A DNA stretch of 38,427 bases from Pseudolabrys sp. (GTDB taxonomy: Bacteria; Pseudomonadota; Alphaproteobacteria; Rhizobiales; Xanthobacteraceae). The DNA lies in contig JBARCH010000209.1 in NCBI GenBank assembly GCA_049793875.1, positions 1 through 38,427 on the forward strand, given 5' to 3'. The position numbers were made by a program, and so were the translations under genes. Positions within the stretch are counted from its first letter, which is position 1, and each line of letters opens with the position of its first letter. Of the stretch, positions 8,986 to 18,452 are shown one piece after another. The notes under the pieces are model-generated. The model was not told where the DNA came from and ran no database searches. It worked only from the letters and a program-made list of their open reading frames with translations.

Positions 8986-9108
8986 GCGTCGTCTCCGGAT
9001 CGATCCATTGAATCGCATTTGGAAATACAAATGCGCGTTCAGGGATTTCGCATCGTCCGCACTCACACGTGGTACGTGAAATTTATCGTGATTCGGGGGG
9101 CATATACA

Positions 9109-10779
9109 TTAACGAGCCGAGCCCGTGAGACGTGCGAGCAGGCGGTCGGCGGTGGCGGGTGCCCGATTACCGCGCCACGCAACGTATTGATCCGGGCGGA
9201 TAAGCGCGAGGTCGCATGCGTAAAGGTCGCGTGCTCCGGCATCCGGAATGTCCAGTACCGTCAGCGGCAGATGTCTTTGTTGCGCCGCGGAAATTATTTC
9301 CGCTCCAGCCGCCGCGTGCGGGCCGAGGCGCAGCAGCGTGAAACCCGTGCCGAGGCGATCGTATAGTGAACTGCCGTAACCGCGCCCATCGTCGAGCCAG
9401 AGATGCGGCGCCCGGCCGCCCGGAGCACTGGTCGGCGTATAGGTGACGAGGCTGTCTGCCGGCGCAGGCGCATCGCTGTCGAGCAGCGGCGAGCCGTCAT
9501 AGCGCGCGCCGAGTTGCACGCCGATCGATGCGAATTGCTCGGCGAATGTCGACAGCATCGTGCGGGCGGCCTGGCGTGCGGCATCGCCCGCAGGCGAGGA
9601 CTCCTCTATCGCCGGCTGGATGTCGGTGTCGCCGATACTGACGGCGAGTTTGCGCGCTGCGTCGGTATTGCGCGCCGCAATCGGCATGCGCTCGGTTTCG
9701 TAGGATGCGAGCAACGCTTCGCCCCCCCAGCCTTGCAGCATGGCCGCAAGTTTCCACGCCAGATTTGAGGCATCGTCCACGCCGGTGTTCATGCCGAAGC
9801 CGCCGGTCGGCGTGAACAGGTGAACGGAATCGCCGGCAAGCAGGACGCGCCGATCGGCAAAGCGTTCCGCGAACAAGGCGACGCCGGCGGTCCAGGGTTC
9901 ATGCGCAATGATTTCCGCCGCAACGCCGGCGCCGGTGCAGCGGCGCAACGCGTCGGAGACGACGGTATCGTCGGGTGGCTGGTCGGAACTGCTCGCGCGC
10001 GTACGCAACAGGAATTCGTCGGCGCCGTTGACGGAGATCAACGTCGAACGGATTTCCGGGTTGACCGCCCAATACTGCCAGGCGCGGCGATGCCGCAGAA
10101 AGTCGCGGTAGAGCGACGGCGAGCGGATATAGGTCGAGAATGTGCGGCCGCCGAAATAACGCTGCTCAAGTCCGGCTTCACCGAGAAACTTGATGCCGAG
10201 TGCACGGCGCACGAGGCTGCGGCCGCCGTCGCAACCGGCAAGGTATTGCGCGCGCCACCGTTCGCGCGGCCCGTCGGGCTGGCGCACCGCGCTCACATTC
10301 ACCGCGTCGGCGTCTTGTTCGAATCCCTCGACGTGCCAGCCGAAGCGCATGGTGATGTTAGGCCGCGTGCGCGCGTGCTCGAGCAGAATGCGCTCGACAT
10401 ACATCTGGTTTGCGCGGTGCAGGGGCTCCGGAATCTGATCCGTTTTCGACGCAGCGGCGACCTGTGCGGCGACGTCGTCGGTGGACGGCATCGGCAGCCG
10501 CGCCAGTTCGATGGTCCCGAAGCGCGTAAAATAAGCAACATCAGTCGGATGATCGGCCGGCAATCCGGCTGCCCGGATTTTTGCGGCGAGTCCGACGCGC
10601 CGGAAATGCTCCATGGTGCGGGAGCCTTCCGTGCTGCCTTTCGGATGCCAGCGCGTCGTTTCCTCGGTGTTGAACAATACCGAGCGCACGCCGTACATGT
10701 CGAGGAACAGCGCGAGCATCAGCCCGACCGGCCCGCCGCCGATAATGGCGACGGGGATATGTGCCGTGTCGTCCGTCAT
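9109..10779 (-). CDS. FAD-dependent monooxygenase (PheA/TfdB-like aromatic hydroxylase family)
   Basis: GGGPVG, GCDGGRS, LAGDSVH..TPTGGFGMNTG, PGGRAPHLWL, LIRPDQYVAWR. Confidence 0.9.
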   Translation of the reverse strand: MTDDTAHIPVAIIGGGPVGLMLALFLDMYGVRSVLFNTEETTRWHPKGSTEGSRTMEHFRRVGLAAKIRAAGLPADHPTDVAYFTRFGTIELARLPMPSTDDVAAQVAAASKTDQIPEPLHRANQMYVERILLEHARTRPNITMRFGWHVEGFEQDADAVNVSAVRQPDGPRERWRAQYLAGCDGGRSLVRRALGIKFLGEAGLEQRYFGGRTFSTYIRSPSLYRDFLRHRRAWQYWAVNPEIRSTLISVNGADEFLLRTRASSSDQPPDDTVVSDALRRCTGAGVAAEIIAHEPWTAGVALFAERFADRRVLLAGDSVHLFTPTGGFGMNTGVDDASNLAWKLAAMLQGWGGEALLASYETERMPIAARNTDAARKLAVSIGDTDIQPAIEESSPAGDAARQAARTMLSTFAEQFASIGVQLGARYDGSPLLDSDAPAPADSLVTYTPTSAPGGRAPHLWLDDGRGYGSSLYDRLGTGFTLLRLGPHAAAGAEIISAAQQRHLPLTVLDIPDAGARDLYACDLALIRPDQYVAWRGNRAPATADRLLARLTGSAR

Positions 10780-10785
10780 GTCGGA

Positions 10786-12222
10786 CTACAGCACCTTGCC
10801 GGGATTGAGGATGTTGTTCGGATCCAGCGTGCGCTTGATCGCGCGCATCACGTCGATCGCGGTCTTGTCCTTGTATTTCGGCAGCTTGTCACGTTTCATC
10901 ACGCCGATGCCGTGCTCGGCTGAAATCGAACCGCCGTATTTCATGGCGATGTCGAATACCACGGCGTTGACTTCGTCCCAGCGCGCGAGGAATTCGTTTC
11001 TGTCTGCGTCCGGCGGCTGATTGACATTGTAGTGGATGTTGCCGTCTCCGGCGTGGCCGAACGGCATCGGCGTGCAGCCGGGAATGAGCTTGACGACCGC
11101 GGCGTCTGCTTCCCTGATGAAGGCAGGAACGGCGGCAATCGGCACCGAAATGTCGTGCTTGATCGAAGCGCCCATGACCCGCTGCACTTCGCCGAACATT
11201 TCGCGGATGTACCAGAACGCCTTGCGCTGCTCGAGGCTGTCGGCAATCGTCGCGTCAATAACGAGGCCCTTTTCCATGCCGGCGGCAAGGAACTCCTCCA
11301 TCGTCGCACGCAAGCCTTCCGTCTGCTGCGACGACAACTCGATCAGCGCATACCAGGGGTAGACTGTCGCGAGCGGGTCGCGCGCGCCGGGCGCGTGCTT
11401 GAGGACGCCGTCTATGCCGACGCGCCCCATGATTTCGAAGCTGGTAATCGCCCCGCCGGTGCGTTCTTCAGCGAGTTTCAGCAACGCGAGTGCGGCTTCC
11501 GGGTCTTGCACGGCCGCATAGGCCGTTTCGATCGAACGGGGGCGCGGCACCAGCCGCAGCACGGCGGCGGTGATGACGCCCAGCGTGCCTTCGCCACCGA
11601 TGAACAGGTTTTTCAGGTCGTACCCGGTGTTGTCTTTCTTCAGCTTGTTGAGGTTGTTCAGCACGCGGCCGTCCGCCAGCACGACCTCGAGGCCCATCGC
11701 GTGAGAGCGGGCGACGCCGTGCGCGACTGCCGCGATGCCACCGGCATTGGTGGAGAGATTGCCGCCGATGGTGCAGGTACCCTCCGACGGCAGTAATTGC
11801 GGATAGAGCCGGTCGGCGTTCGCGGCGGCTTCGCGCGCGCGTTGCAAGGTGACGCCGGCTTCGCAGGTCATGGTGTTGGAAATGGCATCGACCTCGCGGA
11901 TCTTGTCGAGCCGCGTCAACGACAGCACGACTTCGCCATTGTGCGGCGTTTGTCCGCCCGCCAGGCCGGTATTGCCGCCCTGCGGCACGATCGCGGTTTT
12001 CGTTTCGTTGGCAAGCTTGAGGATCGCAGATATTTCCTGCACCGAGCCCGCACGCAGCACCACCGGCGTGCGGCCGTGGTAGATGCCGCGCATCTCGACA
12101 AGATAGCGTTCCTGATCCTGCGGATCGGTTACCGCGTATTTCTCGCCGACGATGGCGATGAAACGCGCCAGCAGTTCGGACGAAAGAGGTGGAACACTTT
12201 GCGGCTTGGCGTGAAGGTTCAT
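10786..12222 (-). CDS. FAD-binding oxidoreductase (D-2-hydroxyacid dehydrogenase, D2HGDH/GlcD-like)
   Basis: PQGGNTGL, GGNLSTNAGG, KKDNTGYDL, GHAGDGNIH, AEHGIG, LNPGKV; alternative GTG start at 12249. Confidence 0.9.
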   Translation of the reverse strand: MNLHAKPQSVPPLSSELLARFIAIVGEKYAVTDPQDQERYLVEMRGIYHGRTPVVLRAGSVQEISAILKLANETKTAIVPQGGNTGLAGGQTPHNGEVVLSLTRLDKIREVDAISNTMTCEAGVTLQRAREAAANADRLYPQLLPSEGTCTIGGNLSTNAGGIAAVAHGVARSHAMGLEVVLADGRVLNNLNKLKKDNTGYDLKNLFIGGEGTLGVITAAVLRLVPRPRSIETAYAAVQDPEAALALLKLAEERTGGAITSFEIMGRVGIDGVLKHAPGARDPLATVYPWYALIELSSQQTEGLRATMEEFLAAGMEKGLVIDATIADSLEQRKAFWYIREMFGEVQRVMGASIKHDISVPIAAVPAFIREADAAVVKLIPGCTPMPFGHAGDGNIHYNVNQPPDADRNEFLARWDEVNAVVFDIAMKYGGSISAEHGIGVMKRDKLPKYKDKTAIDVMRAIKRTLDPNNILNPGKVL

Positions 12223-12245
12223 TGCAACACTCTTCTTGTCTCGAT

Positions 12246-13220
12246 TCACGATTTGGGAGCTGCGGCGCGTGCCAATCGATCGTTGATGGCTTCGCCCAGC
12301 CCGTCGGTCGGCACTTTCATCACAGCGATGGATTGCGCGCCCAAGGCGTCGAGCGCGCGCAGGTGAGAGAACAGATTGGCCGCAGCTTCGATCAAGTCGC
12401 CGCGCGGCGATAGATTGAGCGTGGCATGCGCCGATTGAGCGGGAAGCGAAGGCCCGAACGCAAGCAGGGCCTCGCCCTCAAGCGGCTTTTCGGCGTCGAG
12501 GCGCAGTTTTGTCCTGGGCGCATAATGTGAGGCGAGCATGCCGGGTGCGAGCGGCGCCGTTTCGCTCATCGACACGTCGGCAAGCGGATGGCCGAGCACG
12601 CGCTCGATCTGTTCGCGCGCCACGCCGCCGGGACGCAACAATGTCGGCTCGCCCAGGCAGGCCACGATCGTCGACTCGACACCAACCGGGCAGGCGCCGC
12701 CGTCGATCACCATGTCGATGCGCCCGCGCAAATCAGCGAGCACGTGCGCGGCGCCGGTCGGCGATACATGGCCGGAGCGATTGGCGGAAGGGGCGACAAT
12801 GGCCTTGCCAAAGGCCTTGAGCAGTTCGCGCGCCACCGGATGCGCGGGGACGCGCACCGCGACGCTGTCGAGACCGGCGAGGGCGAGACCGGAGACCGCG
12901 CACTGTGCTTGCTTCGGCAGCACCAGTGTCAGTGGGCCGGGCCAGAGGGCGGCAGCGAGCTTTTCGGCATTGGCATCGAAACGGCCGAGAGCCCGCGCGT
13001 GCTCGATGCCGGCGACATGGACGATCAGCGGGTTGAACTGCGGGCGGCCCTTGGCCGCGTAAAGGCGGGCGACCGCCTCGCCGTTGCCGGCGTCGGCGCC
13101 GAGCCCATAGACCGTCTCGGTCGGAAAGGCGACCAGCCCGCCGGCCGCAAGGCAGCGCACGGCAGCCGTTGTGCCTGCCATGTCGGCCTTCATCACCCGT
13201 GTACTCAGCTCGGCGGTCAT
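12246..13220 (-). CDS. tsaC: L-threonylcarbamoyladenylate synthase (Sua5-type)
   Basis: AFPTETVYGLGA, KGRPQFNPLIVH, APSANRSG, PGMLASHYAP, C-terminal SUA5 domain. Confidence 0.95.
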   Translation of the reverse strand: MTAELSTRVMKADMAGTTAAVRCLAAGGLVAFPTETVYGLGADAGNGEAVARLYAAKGRPQFNPLIVHVAGIEHARALGRFDANAEKLAAALWPGPLTLVLPKQAQCAVSGLALAGLDSVAVRVPAHPVARELLKAFGKAIVAPSANRSGHVSPTGAAHVLADLRGRIDMVIDGGACPVGVESTIVACLGEPTLLRPGGVAREQIERVLGHPLADVSMSETAPLAPGMLASHYAPRTKLRLDAEKPLEGEALLAFGPSLPAQSAHATLNLSPRGDLIEAAANLFSHLRALDALGAQSIAVMKVPTDGLGEAINDRLARAAAPKS

Positions 13221-13264
13221 GGTTTCTCTGCTTTGGCCCTGTTTTCTACTACAGTCTCTTTAGC

Positions 13265-13294
13265 TTGCGGCTTTAAGGCAGCCGGGGTTATAAG
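13265..13294 (+). promoter_or_regulatory. Putative housekeeping-sigma promoter of the tRNA
   Basis: TTGCGG-N18-TATAAG about 13 nt upstream of the tRNA 5' end. Confidence 0.45.
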
Positions 13295-13307
13295 ACCGGC
13301 CTTCAGT

Positions 13308-13384
13308 CGGAGTGTAGCGCAGTCTGGTAGCGCACCACGTTCGGGACGTGGGGGTCGCAGGTTCAAATCCTGCCACTCCGACCA
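13308..13384 (+). tRNA. tRNA-Pro(CGG)
   Basis: CGGAGTG/CACTCCG acceptor stem, anticodon arm CCACG-TTCGGGA-CGTGG, GTTCAAATC T-loop, encoded CCA; 77 nt. Confidence 0.97.
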
Positions 13385-13580
13385 CTCCTACCAAAGTTCC
13401 TCCCCATTTGGGCGCGCGGTACGGGCAGGGCAGCCGCGCTTTCATTGCCTGAAGACGCTGTTCCGGCCGCCGCGCATCCGGGCAAAAAAGCGTTCCATCG
13501 GTGGCCGGAACCTAATCGCCCTTGCCGGATTTTCCATTGTCGTGGCCTAACTTGTGTAGGTTGCCTCAAGGGGAATTTTC

Positions 13581-15560
13581 ATGGCTACCGTTGGAGGACC
13601 GCTGGCATCGTTCAGCGATGAGGCGCGTTACCGTCTCCTCATCGATGCAATCACCGACTATGCGATCTACATGGTCGACCCGGAGGGCATCGTGGCGAGT
13701 TGGAATGCCGGCGCGCAGCGGGTCAAGGGCTACGAGGCGGCGGAAATCATCGGTCAAAATTTCTCGCGCTTTTACACCGAAGAGGATCGCCTGACCGGCA
13801 GGCCGCAACGCGCGCTCGCGACGGCGGCCAAAGAAGGCCGCTTCGAAAGCGAAGGCTGGCGCGTGCGCAAGAACGGCAGCCGCTTCTGGGCGCATGTCAT
13901 TGTCGATCGGATTCGCGATCCGTCAGGTGCCGTCATCGGTTTCGCCAAGATCACACGCGATCTTAGCGAGCGCATGAATTCCGAAAATATTCTCAGCAAG
14001 AGCGAACAACGGTTTCGGCTGTTGGTTCAAGGCGTCACCGATTACGCGATCTTTATGCTCGATCCGCGCGGTTATATCACCAACTGGAATACGGGCGCGC
14101 AGAAGATCAAGGGCTACCTGCCCGAAGAAATTGTCGGCGAGCATTTTTCTCGCTTCTACACTGAAGGAGATCGTCAGCGCGGCGAGCCGCAACGAAACCT
14201 GGAGATCGCCGGACGTGTGGGGCGGTACGAACAAGAAGGCGTGCGTGTGCGCAAGGACGGCTCGCAGTTCTGGGCGAGTGTCGTCATTGACGCGATCCAT
14301 GACGAGAACGGCGACCTCGTCGGCTTTGCCAAGATCACGCGCGATATCACCGAGCGCAAGGAAGCCCAGCGGCAACTCGATCAAACCCGCGAGGCTCTGG
14401 CTCAATCGCAGAAGATGGAAGCGATCGGCCGGCTCACCGGCGGCATCGCGCACGACTTCAACAACCTGCTGATGGCCATTCTCGGCAGCCTTGAACTGCT
14501 GCGCAAACGGCTTCCCGATGACGCCAAGATCGCGCCGCTACTCAACAACGCGATTCAGGGTGCAGAGCGTGGAGCTTCGCTCACGCACCGCATGCTCGCT
14601 TTCGCGCGCCGTCAAGAACTCAATCTCCAGACGGTCGATTTGCGAAATCTTGTCAGCGGCATGAACGTGCTGTTGCAACAATCGGTCGGCCCCTCGGTGC
14701 TGATTGAAACCCGCTTCGCGATGGCGCCGCCGCTGGCGCGTACCGATGCGAGTCAACTGGAAGCCGCGTTGCTCAATCTTGCGGTGAACGCCCGAGACGC
14801 CATGCCGCAAGGCGGCCGCATTACGATTGCGGCGCGCGAGGAAGATATTGGGCAAAACCCCGGCATGATGCTCAAGCCCGGCCGTTATGTCTGCCTTTCG
14901 GTGACCGACAATGGCGAAGGCATGGACGAAGACACCGCCCGGCGTGCATCAGAGCCATTCTTCACCACCAAAGGCGTCGGCAAGGGAACCGGACTGGGGC
15001 TGTCGATGGTCCAGGGGCTGGCCGAGCAGTCGGGTGGCCGGCTGGTGCTCAAAAGCAAAAAGGGCGAGGGCACGACGGTTGAGCTTTGGCTGCCGGTGGC
15101 AACGGACGGTGTGGAGAAGAAGGCGGCGCCTGCCGCCTCGCCGGAGCCCGCGGGAGACGCGCAAGCACTGGTCGTGCTCGCGGTCGATGACGACAGCCTC
15201 GTGCTGATGAACACGTCCGCCATGCTCGAGGATCTCGGGCACAAGGTGTTCGAGGCCATGTCGGGCCGCGAGGCGCTCGATGTTCTCTTGCGCGAGAAGT
15301 CGATCAATCTCGTCATCACCGACCAATCGATGCCGAAAATGACGGGTCTTGAACTCGCCGAAGCGATCAGGGCCGAGCGCCCTGAACTGCCGATTATCCT
15401 GGCGACTGGCTATACCGATCTGGCGGAGGGAACCAAGGCCGGCCTGCCGAAGCTCACCAAGCCATTCTTCCAGCAAGATCTCGCACAGGCGATCACGGAA
15501 GCGCTCAAGGCGCCGCCGCCTGCCGGGCGCATCCTCAAATTCACGCGGTCTGACCGCTAG
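13581..15560 (+). CDS. Soluble PAS-PAS hybrid sensor histidine kinase/response regulator
   Basis: Two similar PAS/PAC repeats (DYAIYM..WNAGA / DYAIFM..WNTGA), H-box AHDFNNLL, N/G/F boxes, C-terminal REC (AVDDD, ITDQSMP, TKPF). Confidence 0.93.
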   Translation: MATVGGPLASFSDEARYRLLIDAITDYAIYMVDPEGIVASWNAGAQRVKGYEAAEIIGQNFSRFYTEEDRLTGRPQRALATAAKEGRFESEGWRVRKNGSRFWAHVIVDRIRDPSGAVIGFAKITRDLSERMNSENILSKSEQRFRLLVQGVTDYAIFMLDPRGYITNWNTGAQKIKGYLPEEIVGEHFSRFYTEGDRQRGEPQRNLEIAGRVGRYEQEGVRVRKDGSQFWASVVIDAIHDENGDLVGFAKITRDITERKEAQRQLDQTREALAQSQKMEAIGRLTGGIAHDFNNLLMAILGSLELLRKRLPDDAKIAPLLNNAIQGAERGASLTHRMLAFARRQELNLQTVDLRNLVSGMNVLLQQSVGPSVLIETRFAMAPPLARTDASQLEAALLNLAVNARDAMPQGGRITIAAREEDIGQNPGMMLKPGRYVCLSVTDNGEGMDEDTARRASEPFFTTKGVGKGTGLGLSMVQGLAEQSGGRLVLKSKKGEGTTVELWLPVATDGVEKKAAPAASPEPAGDAQALVVLAVDDDSLVLMNTSAMLEDLGHKVFEAMSGREALDVLLREKSINLVITDQSMPKMTGLELAEAIRAERPELPIILATGYTDLAEGTKAGLPKLTKPFFQQDLAQAITEALKAPPPAGRILKFTRSDR

Positions 15561-15696
15561 GGACGCCGCCGGACCGTCCGGCTTGCGGCGCTGCACCGCG
15601 CGGGTCCCTTGTGCGGGACCGCGGCCGCCGCGTAACGTTGCCTTTGTCGAAAAATCATTCGCCGGGACATACCCGGCTGTTGGGGGAGGAACGCTC

Positions 15697-16677
15697 ATGC
15701 GTTGCAATGTCGGTTTTCTGCCGCGGCTGCTGCTCGGCTGCATCGGTCTCATGGCTTTCGCTGCGACGGGCGCGAACGCGCTCGACTATCCGACGCGGCC
15801 GGTAAAAATCATCGTCAGCTATCCGCCGGGCGGCTCGACCGACATCTCGGCGCGCCTGGTTGCGAATTGGCTTGGCCAGAAAACGGGCCAGCAGTTCATC
15901 GTCGAAAACCGCCCCGGCGCCGGCAACAACCTCGGCACCGACGTGGCGCTCAAGGCGCCGCCGGACGGCTATACGCTCTATCTCGCCAACCCGGCGAACA
16001 CGATCAACGCAACGCTCTACAAGCATCTCACGTTCGATTTCCTGCGCGATTCGACGCCGGTCGCCGGTATCATGCGCATTCCAAACGTGATGGAGGTCAA
16101 TCCGAACGTCCCGGCCAAGACGGTCGCCGAATTCATCGCTTATGCGAAAGCCAATCCCGGCAAGATCAACATGGCCTCATCGGGCAACGGCACGTCGATC
16201 CATCTGTCCGGCATGCTGTTCATGGGCATGACCGGCATCAAGATGGTGCATGTGCCTTATAAAGGCTCGGCGCCGGCGCTGATCGATCTGCTCGGCGGGC
16301 AGGTGCAGGTGATGTTCGACAATCTGCCGTCCTCGATCGGCCACATCCATGCGGGCAAGCTGCGCGCGCTGGCGGTGACCACGGCGACGCGTGCGCCGGA
16401 ATTGCCCGATGTGCCGACCGTCGGCGAAACCGTGAAAGGCTATGAGGCGAGCGCATTCTTCGGGATTTCGGCACCGAAAGGCACGCCGAAGGGGGTCGTC
16501 GCCTTCCTCAACAAGACGATCAACGAAGGCCTCAAGGATCCGAAGGTCATCGAATCGATCAAGAAGCTCGGCGGCTCGCCGATGGTCGAGACGCCGGAAT
16601 CGTTCGGCAAGTTCCTCACCAACGAAACCGCGAAATGGGGCAAGGTTGTGCGCGACGCCAATCTGTCGATCAACTGA
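15697..16677 (+). CDS. Bug/TctC family tripartite tricarboxylate transporter substrate-binding protein
   Basis: Signal peptide; YPTRPVKIIV.YPPGGSTD, VENRPGAG, HVPYKGSAPA; GGAGG RBS. Confidence 0.93.
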   Translation: MRCNVGFLPRLLLGCIGLMAFAATGANALDYPTRPVKIIVSYPPGGSTDISARLVANWLGQKTGQQFIVENRPGAGNNLGTDVALKAPPDGYTLYLANPANTINATLYKHLTFDFLRDSTPVAGIMRIPNVMEVNPNVPAKTVAEFIAYAKANPGKINMASSGNGTSIHLSGMLFMGMTGIKMVHVPYKGSAPALIDLLGGQVQVMFDNLPSSIGHIHAGKLRALAVTTATRAPELPDVPTVGETVKGYEASAFFGISAPKGTPKGVVAFLNKTINEGLKDPKVIESIKKLGGSPMVETPESFGKFLTNETAKWGKVVRDANLSIN

Positions 16678-16701
16678 TGCATGTGAAGCGGGCGTTTCGT
16701 T

Positions 16702-18429
16702 ATGGCCACCCGTAAAAGTCCCGAAGACCTGCGCAGCCATCGCTGGCTGGGCGCCAGCGATATGCGCTCATTCGGGCATCGCTCGCGCATGCGTCAGATC
16801 GGCTACGACGCCGATGACTGGAACGGCAAGCCGGTCATCGGCATCATCAACACGTGGAGCGAGATCAATCCGTGCCACGCGCACCTGCGCTCGCGCGCGG
16901 AGAACGTGAAGCGTGGCGTCTTGCAGGCCGGCGGTTTCCCGATCGAACTGCCGGCGCTCTCGCTGTCGGAAACCTTCGTCAAGCCGTCGGCGATGCTCTA
17001 TCGCAACCTGCTGGCGATGGAGACGGAGGAGTTGTTGCGCAGCCATCCGCTCGATGGCGCGGTGCTGATGGGCGGCTGCGACAAGACCACGCCCGGCCTC
17101 ATCATGGGCGCGATCAGCATGGGGCTGCCGGCGATCTACATTCCCGCGGGTCCGATGCTGCGCGGCAACTGGCGCGGCGGTTATCTCGGTTCCGGTTCGG
17201 ACGTGTGGAAATACTGGACCGAGAAGCGCGCCGGCAACATCACCGAAGACGACTGGAGCGAGATGGAGAACGGCATCGCCCGCTCGTTCGGCACCTGCAT
17301 GGTGATGGGAACAGCGGCGACCATGATGGCGATCGCCGAAGCGCTTGGCCTCGCGCTGCCGGGCGCGTCATCGATCCCGGCCGCGGATTCAAACCATCCG
17401 CGCATGTGCGGCGCCGCAGGGCGGCGCATCGTCGACATGGTGTGGGAAGACCTGACACCGTCCAGGATTCTCACCAGGGAAGCCTTTGACAACGCCATCA
17501 AGGTTCACATGGCGATGGGCGGCTCGACCAACGCCATCATTCACGTGGTGGCGATGGCGCGGCGGGCCGGCATTCCGATCGACATGGAGCGCTTCGATCA
17601 GCTCTCGCGCGAAATCCCGGTGCTCGCCAATGTGCGGCCATCGGGAAAATACCTGATGGAGGATTTCTTCTACGCTGGGGGATTGCGCGCGCTGATGATC
17701 GCGCTGAAGGACAGGCTCGATCTCGACTGCATGACCGTTACCGGCGAGACCGTCGGCCAGAATATCGACGGCGCGCAAGTGCATATTCCGGACGTGATCC
17801 ACTCGCTCAAGGATCCGATCTATGCGGAAGGTGCGACCGCGGTGCTCAAGGGCAATCTCGCGCCGCAAGGTTGTGTCATCAAGCCGGCCGCGGCCGAGAA
17901 GCGCTTCCTCAAGCATCGCGGCAAGGCGATCGCATTCGAGGATTACAATCACATGATGCGCGAGATCGAACGTGACGATCTCGATGTCACGGCGGACCAT
18001 ATCCTCGTGCTCAAGAATGCCGGGCCGAAAGGCGGCCCCGGCATGCCGGAGTGGGGCATGTTGCCGATCCCGAAGCGGCTGGTGAAAGAAGGCGTGCGCG
18101 ACATGATCCGCATTTCGGACGGGCGCATGAGCGGCACCAGCTACGGCGCCTGCATTTTGCACGTCGCGCCGGAAAGTTATGTCGGCGGCCCGCTGGCGCT
18201 TGTACAGACCGGCGACGAGATCGAGATCGATGTCGACAAGCGCAGCATCCATCTGCACGTCAGCGATGAAGAGCTGAAGCGGCGCAGGGCAGCGTGGACG
18301 CCGCCGCCGCCGCGTTTCACGCGCGGCTACGGCGCGATGTTTTCCGAACATATCGGACAGGCCGATCAGGGCTGCGATTTCGATTTCCTGAAAGCCGGCG
18401 AGCCGACGCCGGAGCCGGAAATTCACTGA
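16702..18429 (+). CDS. araD: IlvD/Edd family dehydratase, L-arabonate dehydratase-like
   Basis: INPCH, GGCDKTTPG, GTCMVMGTA, GGSTNA, GMPEWG, SDGRMSGTSYG, C-terminal EPEIH. Confidence 0.8.
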   Translation: MATRKSPEDLRSHRWLGASDMRSFGHRSRMRQIGYDADDWNGKPVIGIINTWSEINPCHAHLRSRAENVKRGVLQAGGFPIELPALSLSETFVKPSAMLYRNLLAMETEELLRSHPLDGAVLMGGCDKTTPGLIMGAISMGLPAIYIPAGPMLRGNWRGGYLGSGSDVWKYWTEKRAGNITEDDWSEMENGIARSFGTCMVMGTAATMMAIAEALGLALPGASSIPAADSNHPRMCGAAGRRIVDMVWEDLTPSRILTREAFDNAIKVHMAMGGSTNAIIHVVAMARRAGIPIDMERFDQLSREIPVLANVRPSGKYLMEDFFYAGGLRALMIALKDRLDLDCMTVTGETVGQNIDGAQVHIPDVIHSLKDPIYAEGATAVLKGNLAPQGCVIKPAAAEKRFLKHRGKAIAFEDYNHMMREIERDDLDVTADHILVLKNAGPKGGPGMPEWGMLPIPKRLVKEGVRDMIRISDGRMSGTSYGACILHVAPESYVGGPLALVQTGDEIEIDVDKRSIHLHVSDEELKRRRAAWTPPPPRFTRGYGAMFSEHIGQADQGCDFDFLKAGEPTPEPEIH

Positions 18430-18452
18430 AGAACAAAAGAGTGGAGGGATAG

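Noticed and set aside
13308..13580. Integrated prophage or ICE at tRNA-Pro
   Set aside because: No integrase, no att duplication and no phage or conjugation genes in the window
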